Assembly (NCBI GenBank): GCA_037441385.1 | Contig: JBBISH010000013.1 | Location: 1 to 64,000, forward strand | DNA: 64,000 nt | Direction: 5' to 3' | DNA from: Myxococcales bacterium | GTDB lineage: Bacteria > Myxococcota_A > UBA9042 | In this document: positions 38,254 to 48,550 of the stretch, piece by piece | Layout of the letters: every line of letters starts with the position of its first letter | Position numbering within the stretch: the first letter of the stretch is position 1 | Translations under genes and position numbers: made by a program | The notes under the pieces: generated by a model | Told to the model about the DNA's origin: nothing | Databases searched by the model: none | Seen by the model: the letters and a program-made list of their open reading frames with translations, nothing else

Positions 38254-40317
38254 ATGAATCGCACCTGGACCCTGGGGCCGCTGGCGGCCCTGGCGCTGCT
38301 CAACACCGCTTGTGGGGCGCCCGCCGAGCAGCAAAAATCGGACCAAGCCAAGACCGAAGCGACGGCCGCGGCGGCGCAAAAGCCCGCGGAACCGCCCAAG
38401 CATCCGCTGACGATCCGTTGCGAGCAGCGCCTGACCACGGCCAAGTCGCAGCGCGACGCCCTGGTCCAGTTGGGCAAAGGAGGGCCGCGCAACAACCCGA
38501 ACACGGCCGGTGCAGCCCTGAACGCCCTGAACGAGCTGGGGATTGCCTTGGACGCGGCGGCCAACGAGGCGGCGCTGCTGTTCGTGGTGCACCCCGACAA
38601 AGCGGTGCGCGAGGCCGCGGCGCAGTGCGAGCAGCAGACCGAGGCACTGAAGACCGAGATCGTGCTGGATCGCCGCATCTACGACGTGCTGGCGGGCCTG
38701 GACCTGAGCAGCCAGGATGCCGACGGTAAGCGAGTGGTCGAGTTGACCTTGCGCGACTTTCGCCTGGCCGGCGTGGACAAGGACGAGGCGACCCGCAAGA
38801 AGATCGCTGCCCTGCAAGAGCAGTTGGTGCAAGCGGGCCAAGCCTTTGAGAAGAACATCGCCAGCGACGTCCGCAAGGTGCGCTTGGAACCCGCGCGCCT
38901 CAAGGGCCTGCCGCAAGACTGGATCGACGCCCACAAGCCGGCCGCCGATGGCAAAGTCGAGGTGAGCACCGACTACCCCGACTACATCCCGATGATGCAG
39001 TACGCCGACGATGATGCCGCCCGCAAGGAGCTGTACACGATCTACCGCCAGCGCGGCTGGCCGGACAACCAGGCGATTCTGCAAAAGATCCTGGAACTGC
39101 GCTTTGAACTGGCGACGCTGACGGGCTTTGCGAATTGGGCCGAGCGCATCACCGCCGACAAGATGACCAAGAACGGCAAGACCGTGGCGGACTTCATCGA
39201 GCATGTGACGCAGGCGTCCGATGCCAAGGCCAAGGAGGACTACAAGCTGCTGTTGGCCGAGCTGAAGAAAGGCGACGCCAAGGCCACCGAAGTCGGCGAT
39301 TGGCAACAGGGCTACCTGCTGGGCCGGCTGAAGAAAGAGAAGGTCCACTTCGACGCCCAAGCCGCCCGGCAGTACTTCGCCTACGACAAAGTGCGCGACG
39401 GCCTGCTGGATCTGACCAGCAAGCTATTCGGCATCACCTACAAGCGCAACACCACGGCGGAAACCTGGCACCCCGACGTGGAGACCTACGACGTCTACCA
39501 GGGCGACAAGCTCTATGGCCGCATTTTCTTGGACATGCACCCGCGCGAGGGCAAGTACAAGCACGCCGCCCAGTTCCCGCTGATTTCGGGCATCGAGGGC
39601 CGCCAGTTGCCCGAGGGCGTGCTGGTCTGCAACTTCCCGGACCCCAAGAAGGGCCCGGCGCTGATGGAGCCCAAAGAAGTCCAGACGTTCTTTCACGAAT
39701 TCGGCCACCTGATCCACCACACCTTTGGCGGGCACGTGGCGTGGCTGCGGTTCTCGGGCGTGGCGACCGAGTGGGATTTTGTCGAGGCGCCCAGCCAGAT
39801 CTTCGAAGAGTGGGCCAAGGACTACGACACGCTCAAGGCCTTTGCGAAGAACGACAAGGGCGAGGTCATGCCCAAGGATCTGGGCGACAAGATCCGCAAA
39901 GCCGACGATTTTGGCCGGGGCCTGTGGGTGCGCCACCAGATGTTCTACGCCGGGCTGTCGCTGAACCTGCATGACCGCGACCCCAAGGGCCTGGACGCCG
40001 ACAAGATGGTGGAGCAGATCCAAGCCAAGTACAGCCCGTACAAGATGGTGGAAGGGACGCACATGCAGGCGAGCTTTGGCCATTTGAACGGCTACTCGGC
40101 CATCTACTACACCTACATGTGGTCGATGGTCATCGCCAAGGACCTGTTCTCGCGCTTCCAGAAAGACGGCATCTTGAATCCGGCCGTTGCGATGCGCTAC
40201 CGGCAGAAGGTCCTGGAAATGGGTGGGCGCAAGGACGCGGCCGATCTGGTGGCCGACTTCTTGGAGCGTCCCTACTCGCTGAAGTCGTGGGAATCCTGGT
40301 TGAACAAGAAGGACTAG
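38254..40317 (+). CDS. M3 family metallopeptidase (thimet/oligopeptidase A type), lipoprotein
   Basis: FHEFGH, DFVEAPSQ, YYTYMWS; N-terminal lipobox-like NTAC. Confidence 0.93.
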   Translation: MNRTWTLGPLAALALLNTACGAPAEQQKSDQAKTEATAAAAQKPAEPPKHPLTIRCEQRLTTAKSQRDALVQLGKGGPRNNPNTAGAALNALNELGIALDAAANEAALLFVVHPDKAVREAAAQCEQQTEALKTEIVLDRRIYDVLAGLDLSSQDADGKRVVELTLRDFRLAGVDKDEATRKKIAALQEQLVQAGQAFEKNIASDVRKVRLEPARLKGLPQDWIDAHKPAADGKVEVSTDYPDYIPMMQYADDDAARKELYTIYRQRGWPDNQAILQKILELRFELATLTGFANWAERITADKMTKNGKTVADFIEHVTQASDAKAKEDYKLLLAELKKGDAKATEVGDWQQGYLLGRLKKEKVHFDAQAARQYFAYDKVRDGLLDLTSKLFGITYKRNTTAETWHPDVETYDVYQGDKLYGRIFLDMHPREGKYKHAAQFPLISGIEGRQLPEGVLVCNFPDPKKGPALMEPKEVQTFFHEFGHLIHHTFGGHVAWLRFSGVATEWDFVEAPSQIFEEWAKDYDTLKAFAKNDKGEVMPKDLGDKIRKADDFGRGLWVRHQMFYAGLSLNLHDRDPKGLDADKMVEQIQAKYSPYKMVEGTHMQASFGHLNGYSAIYYTYMWSMVIAKDLFSRFQKDGILNPAVAMRYRQKVLEMGGRKDAADLVADFLERPYSLKSWESWLNKKD

Positions 40318-40323
40318 GCCACC

Positions 40324-40863
40324 GTGAACGGCGGACTGCGCAAGGCGATGCTGACGTTGGCCCTGGGCTCGGCGCTGGCCGGCTTGGCGGCGGCAATCGC
40401 TCTGCGCGAGCCTGGGCATCTGCGCACGGATCTGGGCGGCATGGCTGTGCCGATCTTGGCGCTGCCGGTGGTCCGTCCCGAGGGCAGGCCCACGCAGGCG
40501 CGGTTGAGCGCGAGCGATTTCAAGGGTCGGCCGTTACTGCTGCACTTTTGGGCGCCGAGTTGCCGACCGTGCGTCAAGGAACTGCCCCTGTGGCAAAAGC
40601 GCCACGAAGAGGCGGCGGCCCATGGCTATGCGGTGCTGGCGGTAGCTGGCGACGACGCCGAGGACGTGCGGAAATTCCTGAAAGAGGGCAACTACACCCT
40701 GCCGGTGGTGGTGGACGCGACCGGCCAGCTGTTCGAGGCCCTGCGCGTCACGGCGATTCCGGCGACAGCGGCGGTCAATCGGCAAGGCGTCGTCAGCGAG
40801 TACCGCGAGGGTGTCGTGGAGGATCGCGACTTTGCCTCGCTGCTGGCAGCGGCGCGCAAGTAG
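40324..40863 (+). CDS. TlpA/ResA-family thiol-disulfide oxidoreductase
   Basis: TM anchor; FWAPSCRPCVKELP; cis-Pro motif IP. Confidence 0.88.
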   Translation: MNGGLRKAMLTLALGSALAGLAAAIALREPGHLRTDLGGMAVPILALPVVRPEGRPTQARLSASDFKGRPLLLHFWAPSCRPCVKELPLWQKRHEEAAAHGYAVLAVAGDDAEDVRKFLKEGNYTLPVVVDATGQLFEALRVTAIPATAAVNRQGVVSEYREGVVEDRDFASLLAAARK

Positions 40864-41013
40864 GAGGCGGCCGTGGCGGTGGCGTGGGGGCCCAGCGCCC
40901 GCCGCGCCGCTGGCGTCGGCCAAGGCCACCGAACTAGCCAAAGCTCGCTGATTTAAGAACACTTTCACGAATCGCCCCGCCGACCGGGCGCCGGCGGTGG
41001 TCCTTTTTTGTAG

Positions 41014-41052
41014 TTGACGACGTGGTGTGTGTAGTACATACTACACACACCA
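41014..41052 (+). promoter_or_regulatory. sigma70 promoter overlapped by a perfect 14-bp inverted-repeat operator
   Basis: TTGACG(41014)-N17-CATACT(41037); TGGTGTGTGTAGTA-CA-TACTACACACACCA (41023-41052). Confidence 0.75.
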
Positions 41053-41420
41053 TGACCGAGTTTGGAAAATACCTGCGCGAGCTGCGCGAAACGACTGACC
41101 GCGAGGCCATCGAGTGCGGGTTGCCGCGCTATTCGCTGCGATGGCTGGCAGCGGAGGCGGGCCTGGAGCCGTCGTACCTGTCCAAGATCGAACGGGGTCT
41201 GGCGCCGCCGCCGTCGGAGGCCAAGATCCGCGCCATCGCCGCCGCGCTGGAGGAGGACCCTGACGTGCTGCTCGCGTTGGCCGGCAAGGTGTCTTCGGAT
41301 CTGCAAGAGGCGATTCGCAAGCGGCCGGAGCTATTTGCCGAGCTGATTCGTGTGTTGAAAGACATGCCCGACGAAGCGGTCTTGCGCGTGGTGCGCGAGG
41401 TCCGCGACGGGGAATGGTAG
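41052..41420 (+). CDS. XRE-family HTH transcriptional regulator
   Basis: FGKYLRELR...SLRWLA...SYLSKIERG...LLALAGK. Confidence 0.9.
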   Translation: MTEFGKYLRELRETTDREAIECGLPRYSLRWLAAEAGLEPSYLSKIERGLAPPPSEAKIRAIAAALEEDPDVLLALAGKVSSDLQEAIRKRPELFAELIRVLKDMPDEAVLRVVREVRDGEW

Positions 41421-41450
41421 CGCCAGGCTTGGCGCAGGCAGGGGGATCGG

Positions 41451-42488
41451 ATGCTGGAGTTGCGCCGCGACCAATTGCAGTTCACTTTCAACGAGGTGCA
41501 TCCGAGCGCCCAGCTCACCTTGAGCTTTCAGCGCACGTTGCGCATCCCCGACGACGACCGCAGCTACCCGTTGCCGCCCGGATTGGGCTGCTTTCCGCTG
41601 CGCCACGTCGACGATTTTGCCGCGCAACTGCCGGCGGACTGGCAAAGGCGCGGCGGGGTGATGCTGCCGATGTGGCAGGCCGAGGCGATGTGGCTGTCGA
41701 TCCGCGCCGGCTACGACAGCGACCGCGGCGTGGACTACCCGTTCGCCCTCAAAGTGGCGGCCGGCAAGCGCAGCGCGGTCACCGGCAAGGCCTGGCACAG
41801 CGGGCTGAATCGCGAGCCGCAGGACTACCTGGTCGCGCCGACCCAGCCCTGGCTAGACGGGTTCTGCGTCGAAAAGGGCTTGATTCGCCAGTTCGTCGCC
41901 ATGCCGCTGGGCCAGGGCTACAGCGTAGAGGAACAGCTGGATGGCAAGGCCGAGTTTGGTGGGCTACAGCTCGAAGTGTTCCCGATGAAACGATCCGTCT
42001 TCGAGCGGCGCTTCCCGGTGCGGCCGCCCAGGGACGAGTACTTCAGCGACCTGGCGGTTCCGTGCGCGCCCATGATGCCCTGTGCGGCGGCACCGGGGAT
42101 GGCGATGGGGTTGGCAGCGGGCGGCAAGATGCGGCAAGAAATCAGCGTCGATCCCTACGAGCTGGACGACTGGGATCTGGAGCACGGCCAGCGCTGCTTT
42201 GTGCACTTGTGCAACAGCGCCGTGTGGCAACAAGTGACCGGCACCGCGCCGCCCACCCTGCCGCCCAGCGCCAAAGACTACTCGCAAGCCGGGCTACCCT
42301 GGTTCGAATACTACAGCGATGCGCCCGCGGTCGAGGGCGGCAAGCTGCTGAGCGCCATCAAGTCCGTGTTCCAGCTGGGCAAAGACAAGGGCCAGACCCC
42401 ACTGCCAGAAAACGCACCGGCGGTGCCCAAAGTAGTTGTCGGCCTTGAGCCGCGCAAGAGCGACCAGGTGCGAGTGGGCGAATTCTAG
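41451..42488 (+). CDS. Conserved hypothetical protein (FQRTLRIPDD / QPWLDG family)
   Basis: 345 aa with conserved-looking motifs YPLPPGLG.FPL, QDY, RQFVAMPLG.GY.VE.Q, GLPWF.YY. Confidence 0.8.
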   Translation: MLELRRDQLQFTFNEVHPSAQLTLSFQRTLRIPDDDRSYPLPPGLGCFPLRHVDDFAAQLPADWQRRGGVMLPMWQAEAMWLSIRAGYDSDRGVDYPFALKVAAGKRSAVTGKAWHSGLNREPQDYLVAPTQPWLDGFCVEKGLIRQFVAMPLGQGYSVEEQLDGKAEFGGLQLEVFPMKRSVFERRFPVRPPRDEYFSDLAVPCAPMMPCAAAPGMAMGLAAGGKMRQEISVDPYELDDWDLEHGQRCFVHLCNSAVWQQVTGTAPPTLPPSAKDYSQAGLPWFEYYSDAPAVEGGKLLSAIKSVFQLGKDKGQTPLPENAPAVPKVVVGLEPRKSDQVRVGEF

Positions 42489-42649
42489 ACCACCAATCAC
42501 AAATCTCCGAGGTTCAGAGCAACGCAACCACTCGCTGACGAAAACTCGTTGATGCCCAGTGGGGCGCAAGCGAGCGCCTGCGGCGACTCACCGCGCCGAT
42601 TTCGAAGGCTCGGATGCGCGGAGAAAGTCTAAACTGATCCGCTCTCTAG
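42485..42649 (-). mobile_element. CTAG-flanked 157-bp MITE-like element (family B, copy 2, uninterrupted)
   Basis: CTAG at 42485-42488 (contains the stop of the upstream gene) and 42646-42649; homologous to 2263-2561 in inverse orientation. Confidence 0.7.
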
Positions 42650-42671
42650 CGCGCGTCGCGCCGACCATCGC

Positions 42672-42860
42672 CTACATGTCCATGCCGCCCATGCTGTTGC
42701 CGTCGGTGTCGGCGGGCGCGTCGCTGCTGGAGCTGCCATCGGAGGTGCTGCCGTCCGTGGCGCTGGCATCGGCGGGATCCTCGTGCTTGGAGGCCTCGCA
42801 GCCCTGAGAAAGCCCCGCCACCAGCATCGCGGCAGCCAGCCAAAAAGCCATGTTCTTCAT
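42672..42860 (-). CDS. Small lipoprotein with acidic linker and MGGMDM tail
   Basis: GAGGG RBS, signal peptide ending SQGC, 62 aa. Confidence 0.65.
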   Translation of the reverse strand: MKNMAFWLAAAMLVAGLSQGCEASKHEDPADASATDGSTSDGSSSSDAPADTDGNSMGGMDM

Positions 42861-42875
42861 TATTCCCTCGCGTTA

Positions 42876-43007
42876 TACCGGTTCCGTGCGAATCGGATCG
42901 AAAACTCAGGCAATTCTTCGGGCCCGAACCGGGGTCCCCGCTTGATTCTCGCCAGTTGCAGATCGGGTCACCGAAACCGTACCAGCGTGAATCAGGTGGG
43001 GTGCGTA
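42876..43007 (+). mobile_element. 132-bp MITE (family A) copy 4
   Basis: Same length and ends as the other copies; flanks TTA/TGG (duplication not preserved). Confidence 0.85.
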
Positions 43008-43015
43008 TGGGCCGG

Positions 43016-44890
43016 TCAGGGCGCCTGGGGCGCCGGCAATCCCAGCACATAGGCCGCCACGGCCGCGGCCTGCTCGGCACTGAGCTGGATGCCGGCGTGG
43101 CGATTGGCCGGCACCAGCGCCGGTTGACTCAAAAGTGTTTGGACATAGCCCGGTTGCAGCCGACGGGCGCTACCGTCAAGGGTTGGCCCCTTCATGGTGC
43201 CGGCCCCAGCGGCCATGTGGCAAGTCGGGCAGCCAAGCTGAGCATACAAGTTGGCGCCATGACTCATCGCTTCGGCCGACGCCGTCGCTGGCTCGGCCAG
43301 GGGCACCCGATCGTCGCCCAGAGCGCCTTGCAGCCACGCGGCCAGCTGCTGAGCCTCGGCCGCCGTCATCCCCAGGATGGGCATGCGCTCGGCCTGATCC
43401 ATGCGCACGGTCACGGGCGACTGCAAGAAATCCTCTAGCCAGGCTCGGTTCAAACGGGCGCCGGCGCCGTCCAAGGCGATACGTGCGACATCGCCGCCGT
43501 GACCGCCGATGCTGTGGCAGACCAGACAGCGGAAGCGGTCGATCAGTCGGCCGGTTTGTCCGGCGGGCAGCCGCAGCTCGGGCGGGTCGTGGTCGCGCAG
43601 CAAGGTGGCGGGCAGTGGAACGGCGCGGAGGCTCGCCAGCGCCGTGCCGACCGCCAGGGCGTCGGCAGCAGTCAGGCCTGGCAGAGTGGGCATCCGCGCT
43701 GGCGCTCCGCCCTTCTGGTCAAAGGCCGTGGGGAGTTGCACCTTGCGGGCGACCCAGCTGGGCAGATCCGGCAGCGCCTCGCCCGTGGCGGTGTGCGGCA
43801 AGTCGACCACGTGGCGATCGCCCAGTCGATCCAGCGCGGGGGCGATCTGGGCGCCCAGTTGGCCCGCCACGCGATGGCAACCCGCGCAGCCCAGATCCGC
43901 AAAGAGCTTCTTGCCTTGCACGGCCTTGGTCGGCTCCACCGGCGCTTCGTACGCCTTCCACGGCGGCTCGCCCGAATCGGCCAGCCACTCCTCGCCGGCG
44001 TAGGTGGCGATGTCCAGCGCTTCTTGGGGGGCAAGGCGGAAGCCAGGCATGCGCGTGTGGGGTCGCAGGCGGTGGGTGTCAACGAGCAGCGTGAAGATCC
44101 AGGCCGGCTGCAGCTTCATGCCGGCCAGGGCCAAGTCGGGCCCCACGTCGCCGCCGCGGCCGTCGATCTTGTGACAGGTGGCACAGCGCCTGGTCGCCAC
44201 AGCCTTTTTGCCGCGCTCGCCGTCGCCGGTCAGGTCCGCAGGCAGCGGCGCCAGGGCCGGACCCGGGACACTCCAAAGGTAGGCGACCAAGGCCTCGATC
44301 TCTTCGGAATTCAGGCGAAACGTTGGCATGCGGTGGCTCGCCTGGAGCTTGCCAGGGTCGGCCAACCAGGCGCGCACAAAGCCCGGCGACACCGCGTCGC
44401 GCAAACCGTCGAGCTCTGGGGCAAAGTCGGGCCGGGGAACGCCAGGGATGGCATGGCAACCGGCGCAGCCTTTGTCGGCCAAAAGCTGGCGACCTTTCGC
44501 CACTTGCGGCACCGGTGCCTGGGCGCCCAGGTGGCAGCGACCGCAGGCGGCGGCCTGCTCGGCTGGTGAGAACAGCGGGCGCTCCCAGTCCATGCTGACC
44601 AAGTGCGCGGCTTCTTTGCGCGTCGCAAAGCCCTGGCCGCCGTGGCAGACGGTGCAGCCAAAGCGTTCGGGCGGATGGGCGTCGTCCAATCCCGCGTGGT
44701 GCTTTGGGTTTTCGTGGCAGAGCTCGCAGCGGTCCACCGCGCCCAAGGCCGGGACAAGCCGCTGCTGAACTTGGGCTGGCCGGCCGGCATCCACGACCAC
44801 CGCATAGCCAAACAGCAGCGCACAGGCCAAGGCCGTCAAAGCGAAAGCCCAATGCAGCCGGTCACTTTGAAGGGCTGAATTGCTGCTCAT
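43016..44890 (-). CDS. Membrane-anchored 8-heme cytochrome c
   Basis: CELCH, CTVCH, CGRCH, CAGCH, CATCH, CAGCH, CLVCH, CPTCH; N-terminal TM; ATGA overlap with cytochrome b. Confidence 0.9.
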   Translation of the reverse strand: MSSNSALQSDRLHWAFALTALACALLFGYAVVVDAGRPAQVQQRLVPALGAVDRCELCHENPKHHAGLDDAHPPERFGCTVCHGGQGFATRKEAAHLVSMDWERPLFSPAEQAAACGRCHLGAQAPVPQVAKGRQLLADKGCAGCHAIPGVPRPDFAPELDGLRDAVSPGFVRAWLADPGKLQASHRMPTFRLNSEEIEALVAYLWSVPGPALAPLPADLTGDGERGKKAVATRRCATCHKIDGRGGDVGPDLALAGMKLQPAWIFTLLVDTHRLRPHTRMPGFRLAPQEALDIATYAGEEWLADSGEPPWKAYEAPVEPTKAVQGKKLFADLGCAGCHRVAGQLGAQIAPALDRLGDRHVVDLPHTATGEALPDLPSWVARKVQLPTAFDQKGGAPARMPTLPGLTAADALAVGTALASLRAVPLPATLLRDHDPPELRLPAGQTGRLIDRFRCLVCHSIGGHGGDVARIALDGAGARLNRAWLEDFLQSPVTVRMDQAERMPILGMTAAEAQQLAAWLQGALGDDRVPLAEPATASAEAMSHGANLYAQLGCPTCHMAAGAGTMKGPTLDGSARRLQPGYVQTLLSQPALVPANRHAGIQLSAEQAAAVAAYVLGLPAPQAP

Positions 44891-46038
44891 TGCGGCCACC
44901 ACATCAGCGCCCAGCCTGGGCCGCGGAACAGCGTGCCGATCACGGTCGTCACCGCCATGAACAGCAACAGCAGGCCAAATAACGCTTGGGCAATCCGGCG
45001 CTCTTTGGGCAGGTACTGACCCACACCCAAAGCATGGGTGTCCATGTAGGGCAGTAGGCACAGACCTAGCACGGTGGCGGCCGGAACGAAGACGCCGCCC
45101 CAAAACGCCGAATAGTGCGCAAGCTCTTGAACACCCAGGAAATACCACGGCGCTTTGGCCGGGTTGGGCGTGCGCGAGGGATCGGCTTCGGGTTCGAGCG
45201 GCGCTTGCAGCCACAGCGCCAGCGCCAACAGTACCGCGGTCGCGGCCAGCGCCACGATCAATTCGCGGTAGACCAAGTGCGGCCACGCCGGCACCAACTT
45301 GTGGCCCTCTTCGCCGCGACCGCCGCCAGGAGCGTTTTCGCTGACGACTAACCCGCCGTCTTTGCGCACGCGGAACAAATGGAAGCCCACGACCAGAAAC
45401 AGGATCGCCGGCAACGCTACGCAGTGCAGCACATAGAAGCGCAAGAGCGCCGACTCGCCCACACTGCGGTCGCCCAGGATCAACTGACGAAAATCGTCAC
45501 CTACGAACGGAACGGCGGCGGCCATGTTGGATCCCACCGTAACCGCCCAATACGCCAACTGATCCCAGGGCAGCAGGTAGCCCGTGAAGCTGAGGGCCAA
45601 GGTCAGGAACCACAGGCCTACGCCCGCCACCCAGTTGGCCTGGCGAGCGCCCTTGTAGCCGCTGACCAGGTAGACGCGGACCATGTGGAGCGTGACCATC
45701 GCCACCATGGCGTGGGCCGCCCAACGGTGGGCGTTGCGGGTCAGCGTGCCCAGCGGCACCACAAAGGCCAGATCCTTCATCGTGCGCCAGGCCGCGTCCG
45801 GGTGGGGAATGTAATAGAACATCAGGTAGATGCCTGTTGCCGTCAGCTGCAAAGCCAGCACCAGCGAGATCAGACCAGCCGCCCAACTGGCGCGGAACTT
45901 CAGACTCTCTGGCCGGATTTTTGGCGCATGCACGTGCAGCACCAGCGACGAGAGCATGGCCTTGACGGCCGAGCGCTCGTCCTGTGGCCAGCCGATGCGC
46001 CACACGGACTTCCAGATGCCCTGCAGCCACTTGCCCAT
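44887..46038 (-). CDS. qcrB: Cytochrome b of a Rieske/cytb complex (b6 plus subunit IV fused)
   Basis: RNAHRW...HMVRV, TGYLLPWDQLAYWA, RFYVLH...H, PAKAPWYF (PEWY equivalent). Confidence 0.93.
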   Translation of the reverse strand: MGKWLQGIWKSVWRIGWPQDERSAVKAMLSSLVLHVHAPKIRPESLKFRASWAAGLISLVLALQLTATGIYLMFYYIPHPDAAWRTMKDLAFVVPLGTLTRNAHRWAAHAMVAMVTLHMVRVYLVSGYKGARQANWVAGVGLWFLTLALSFTGYLLPWDQLAYWAVTVGSNMAAAVPFVGDDFRQLILGDRSVGESALLRFYVLHCVALPAILFLVVGFHLFRVRKDGGLVVSENAPGGGRGEEGHKLVPAWPHLVYRELIVALAATAVLLALALWLQAPLEPEADPSRTPNPAKAPWYFLGVQELAHYSAFWGGVFVPAATVLGLCLLPYMDTHALGVGQYLPKERRIAQALFGLLLLFMAVTTVIGTLFRGPGWALMWWPQ

Positions 46039-46041
46039 GAG

Positions 46042-46500
46042 TTACCCCACTTGCAGGCGCGTATCGCCCGCAACCGTCTGCGCCAGGTCGGCGATGACGT
46101 TGCCGCGGGCGTCGCGGATCAGGCGCACGAAACTCAGGTCGCGGGGCGCCGGTCCACCCGTGACATGGCCCTGGTCGTCGTAGGTGCTACCGTGGCAGGG
46201 GCAGACGAAGCCGCCGCCGGCCGCCTCGCGCACCGTGCAGCCCAAGTGGGTGCAGGTCGACGACATCGCCGACAGCCCCTTGGGATCGTGGCGCACGAAC
46301 AGCCCGGCGTCGTCGACATAGACGCGGCCCCCGGCGAACCGCCCGACTTGCCCCAGGTTGCGGCGCTGCGACGGCCCGTAGCTGACCGGCGCTTTGGCAA
46401 ACCGCAGGCTGGCCCAGGCGGCCTCAGCGCTGAGCGCCACCAAGGCCGCGCCGCCGATCTGACCCAAGAACTTGCGACGACTGGTGTTTTGCTGTTCCAT
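46042..46500 (-). CDS. qcrA: Rieske 2Fe-2S protein with Tat signal
   Basis: SRRKFL, CTHLGC, CPCHGS, GPAPRDL. Confidence 0.93.
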   Translation of the reverse strand: MEQQNTSRRKFLGQIGGAALVALSAEAAWASLRFAKAPVSYGPSQRRNLGQVGRFAGGRVYVDDAGLFVRHDPKGLSAMSSTCTHLGCTVREAAGGGFVCPCHGSTYDDQGHVTGGPAPRDLSFVRLIRDARGNVIADLAQTVAGDTRLQVG

Positions 46501-46519
46501 TCGACTCAGCCCTCCAACT

Positions 46520-47116
46520 TTACTTGGCTTTCAAGGTGACGGCGACCGCGGCTGGCGCGCCTGCGGCGACCGTGACTTGGATGTCAGCGGCGCCCAGCTT
46601 TTCGTGCCACACGCCCAAGGTGTAGTTGCCCGGAGCCAGGCTACTCAGGGTGAACTTGCCCTCCTTGTCGCTGACGGCGAACTGGGCGGTGTCCAGCACC
46701 ACCACGTAGGCGATCATGTCGTCGTGGACCTTGCAGAGCTGGCGGTAGATGCCCGACTTGGCAAAAACGTGGGACTTCTTCTGCCCTTGCGGCCAGGTGC
46801 CCAGGTCGTACTTGTCGCCGTCGATGGTGTAGACGTTGTGGGCCACCGGGTCCGAGTTCAAGAACTCCACCGTCCAGCCGCGGGCGATCGGCAGGATCCG
46901 CGGCAAGAACACCATGCCTTTTTGGTCCAGCGTCACGGTCTTGGCGCCCAGCGGCGCGGCCGGGCCCTGCTTGACGTAGACGATGGCGCCCGCGCGGTGC
47001 TTGGGGATCGGCGCGGCCACGGTGCCCGCGATCGAGCCGGTATCGGCCAGGGCGGTCGGGCCCCAGAAAAGAGTAGTCGAAATCAGCGAAATCAGGGTCA
47101 ACAGACGAGCCAGCAT
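46520..47116 (-). CDS. Secreted cupredoxin-domain protein with carboxypeptidase-regulatory-like domain
   Basis: Signal peptide; NSDPVAHNV and CKVHDDM (His, Cys, His, Met type-1 Cu ligands); VWHE. Confidence 0.8.
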   Translation of the reverse strand: MLARLLTLISLISTTLFWGPTALADTGSIAGTVAAPIPKHRAGAIVYVKQGPAAPLGAKTVTLDQKGMVFLPRILPIARGWTVEFLNSDPVAHNVYTIDGDKYDLGTWPQGQKKSHVFAKSGIYRQLCKVHDDMIAYVVVLDTAQFAVSDKEGKFTLSSLAPGNYTLGVWHEKLGAADIQVTVAAGAPAAVAVTLKAK

Positions 47117-47146
47117 GGCGTCCTCCAGGGTCCGTAGAACAGGGGG

Positions 47147-48466
47147 TTAGAAAGCGGCCGAAAAACCAGCCGAGACCGCGCGCAAGTCCGCCTTGGTGCC
47201 GGGATCCGCACCCACGCCGACATCGGCGCGGAGCAGCAGGTTCGGCCGCAGGATCCAAGTGCCTTGCAGCGAGGCAAGATAGCGCTGATCGGGCTTGCCC
47301 TCGCCGTAGTCCAGGCTGCTGCCCTCGAAGCGGATCGTGGGCACCACCACCGCGTTGACCATGTAGGTCAGCTCGGCAAACAGCATGTCCATCGTCATCT
47401 TCTGCCCGGCGGTGGCGGTGGGCTGGCTATGGCTTTGGCGCACGCCCACCACGTCCAGCAGCAAGTCGTCGAATACGCCGTGCAAGTCCACGCCGATGCG
47501 CAGGAAATCGTCGTCATGGATGGCCATGCCGTTGGCGGCTAGCAGACCGCTGCGGCCCGACCAGGCCGAAAAGCCCAAGGAGAGACTGCGCTCGCTCCAA
47601 GCTGCCGCGCCCGCCGCCGCGTCGGCGCCGTCCAAACGCATACCGCCCAGCTTGTACTCCAGCCGGCCGTAGAAGTTCTTGTGCGCGTCGGTGCTGGCCG
47701 GCACCGTTTCGGCGACGCCCAGGGCCCACGCCGCCCGGCCAAAGGCCACGCCGGACAGTTCAAGGCCAGTCGAGCTCATTTCGGGCGAGAAGCCGTTGAG
47801 TTGCACGGTGTTGGTGGTCAAACGCAGTTGGTGATTGAAGATGCCGCGGTGGATCGACACGCCATGCAGCTCGGGCTCGAAGCGGCCCACCCGCACATGC
47901 AGCGCCGTGGGCCCGGCCGGCGTCAGCACCGCAAAGGCGCGCTCGACGCTAATGGGCTCGTGACCGCCCACGTCGATCGAGCCAAAGTAACCGCCGATTT
48001 CGCCAAGCGTTCCGCCCGAGCGCAGGCCGATGTGCCCGCCCAGACCGCCCAGGGCCAGCGCGTTTTCGTTGTGGCCTTCGGGCATCTCCATCCCGGCCAT
48101 CGCGGCACCCTCGTGGTGCCCCTCGGGCTCGGGGCCAAAGGTCATCTTGCCGTCGACCAGCAGCGACAGCGGCAGCTGACGGGCGACCTGACCGGGCCAA
48201 ACCGCAGCTGGGTAGCGGTCTTTCATCGCGTCGTTGCCCAGCGGCAGCGGCTCTTCCTTTTCGGCCGTCGCGTCACCGCCACCCGGGAAGCGGTAGGCAT
48301 TGCGGCGGAAGGCCTCGCCAAATGGCGTGAGCTTGGGGAAGGCGACGTGGCAGGTCTGACAGCTGGTCTCGTAGCGGCGGGCAAAGGCCGGAATAGCCTG
48401 CGCCTGACCGGCCAGCAACAGCACGGTCATGGCCGCACACAGGGCGGCGATACGCTGAAAAAGCAT
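47147..48466 (-). CDS. Cyc2-like cytochrome c-porin fusion
   Basis: Signal peptide ending AQA, then IPAFARRYETSCQTCH...PKLTPFG..F...Y; beta-strand body; C-terminal Phe; AGGAG RBS. Confidence 0.8.
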   Translation of the reverse strand: MLFQRIAALCAAMTVLLLAGQAQAIPAFARRYETSCQTCHVAFPKLTPFGEAFRRNAYRFPGGGDATAEKEEPLPLGNDAMKDRYPAAVWPGQVARQLPLSLLVDGKMTFGPEPEGHHEGAAMAGMEMPEGHNENALALGGLGGHIGLRSGGTLGEIGGYFGSIDVGGHEPISVERAFAVLTPAGPTALHVRVGRFEPELHGVSIHRGIFNHQLRLTTNTVQLNGFSPEMSSTGLELSGVAFGRAAWALGVAETVPASTDAHKNFYGRLEYKLGGMRLDGADAAAGAAAWSERSLSLGFSAWSGRSGLLAANGMAIHDDDFLRIGVDLHGVFDDLLLDVVGVRQSHSQPTATAGQKMTMDMLFAELTYMVNAVVVPTIRFEGSSLDYGEGKPDQRYLASLQGTWILRPNLLLRADVGVGADPGTKADLRAVSAGFSAAF

Positions 48467-48550
48467 AGGAAACTCCTGAATTGTGAACACAAGGCCAGGG
48501 CCGCGGCAGAGTCAGCCGGCAGCCGACGATCCAAGGGCGATCGCGCGGGC

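Noticed and set aside
40975..41010. Intrinsic terminator after tlpA
   Set aside because: The CCGCCG/CGGCGG stem is separated from the T-run by 6 nt; the T-run may instead be an UP element of the XRE promoter.
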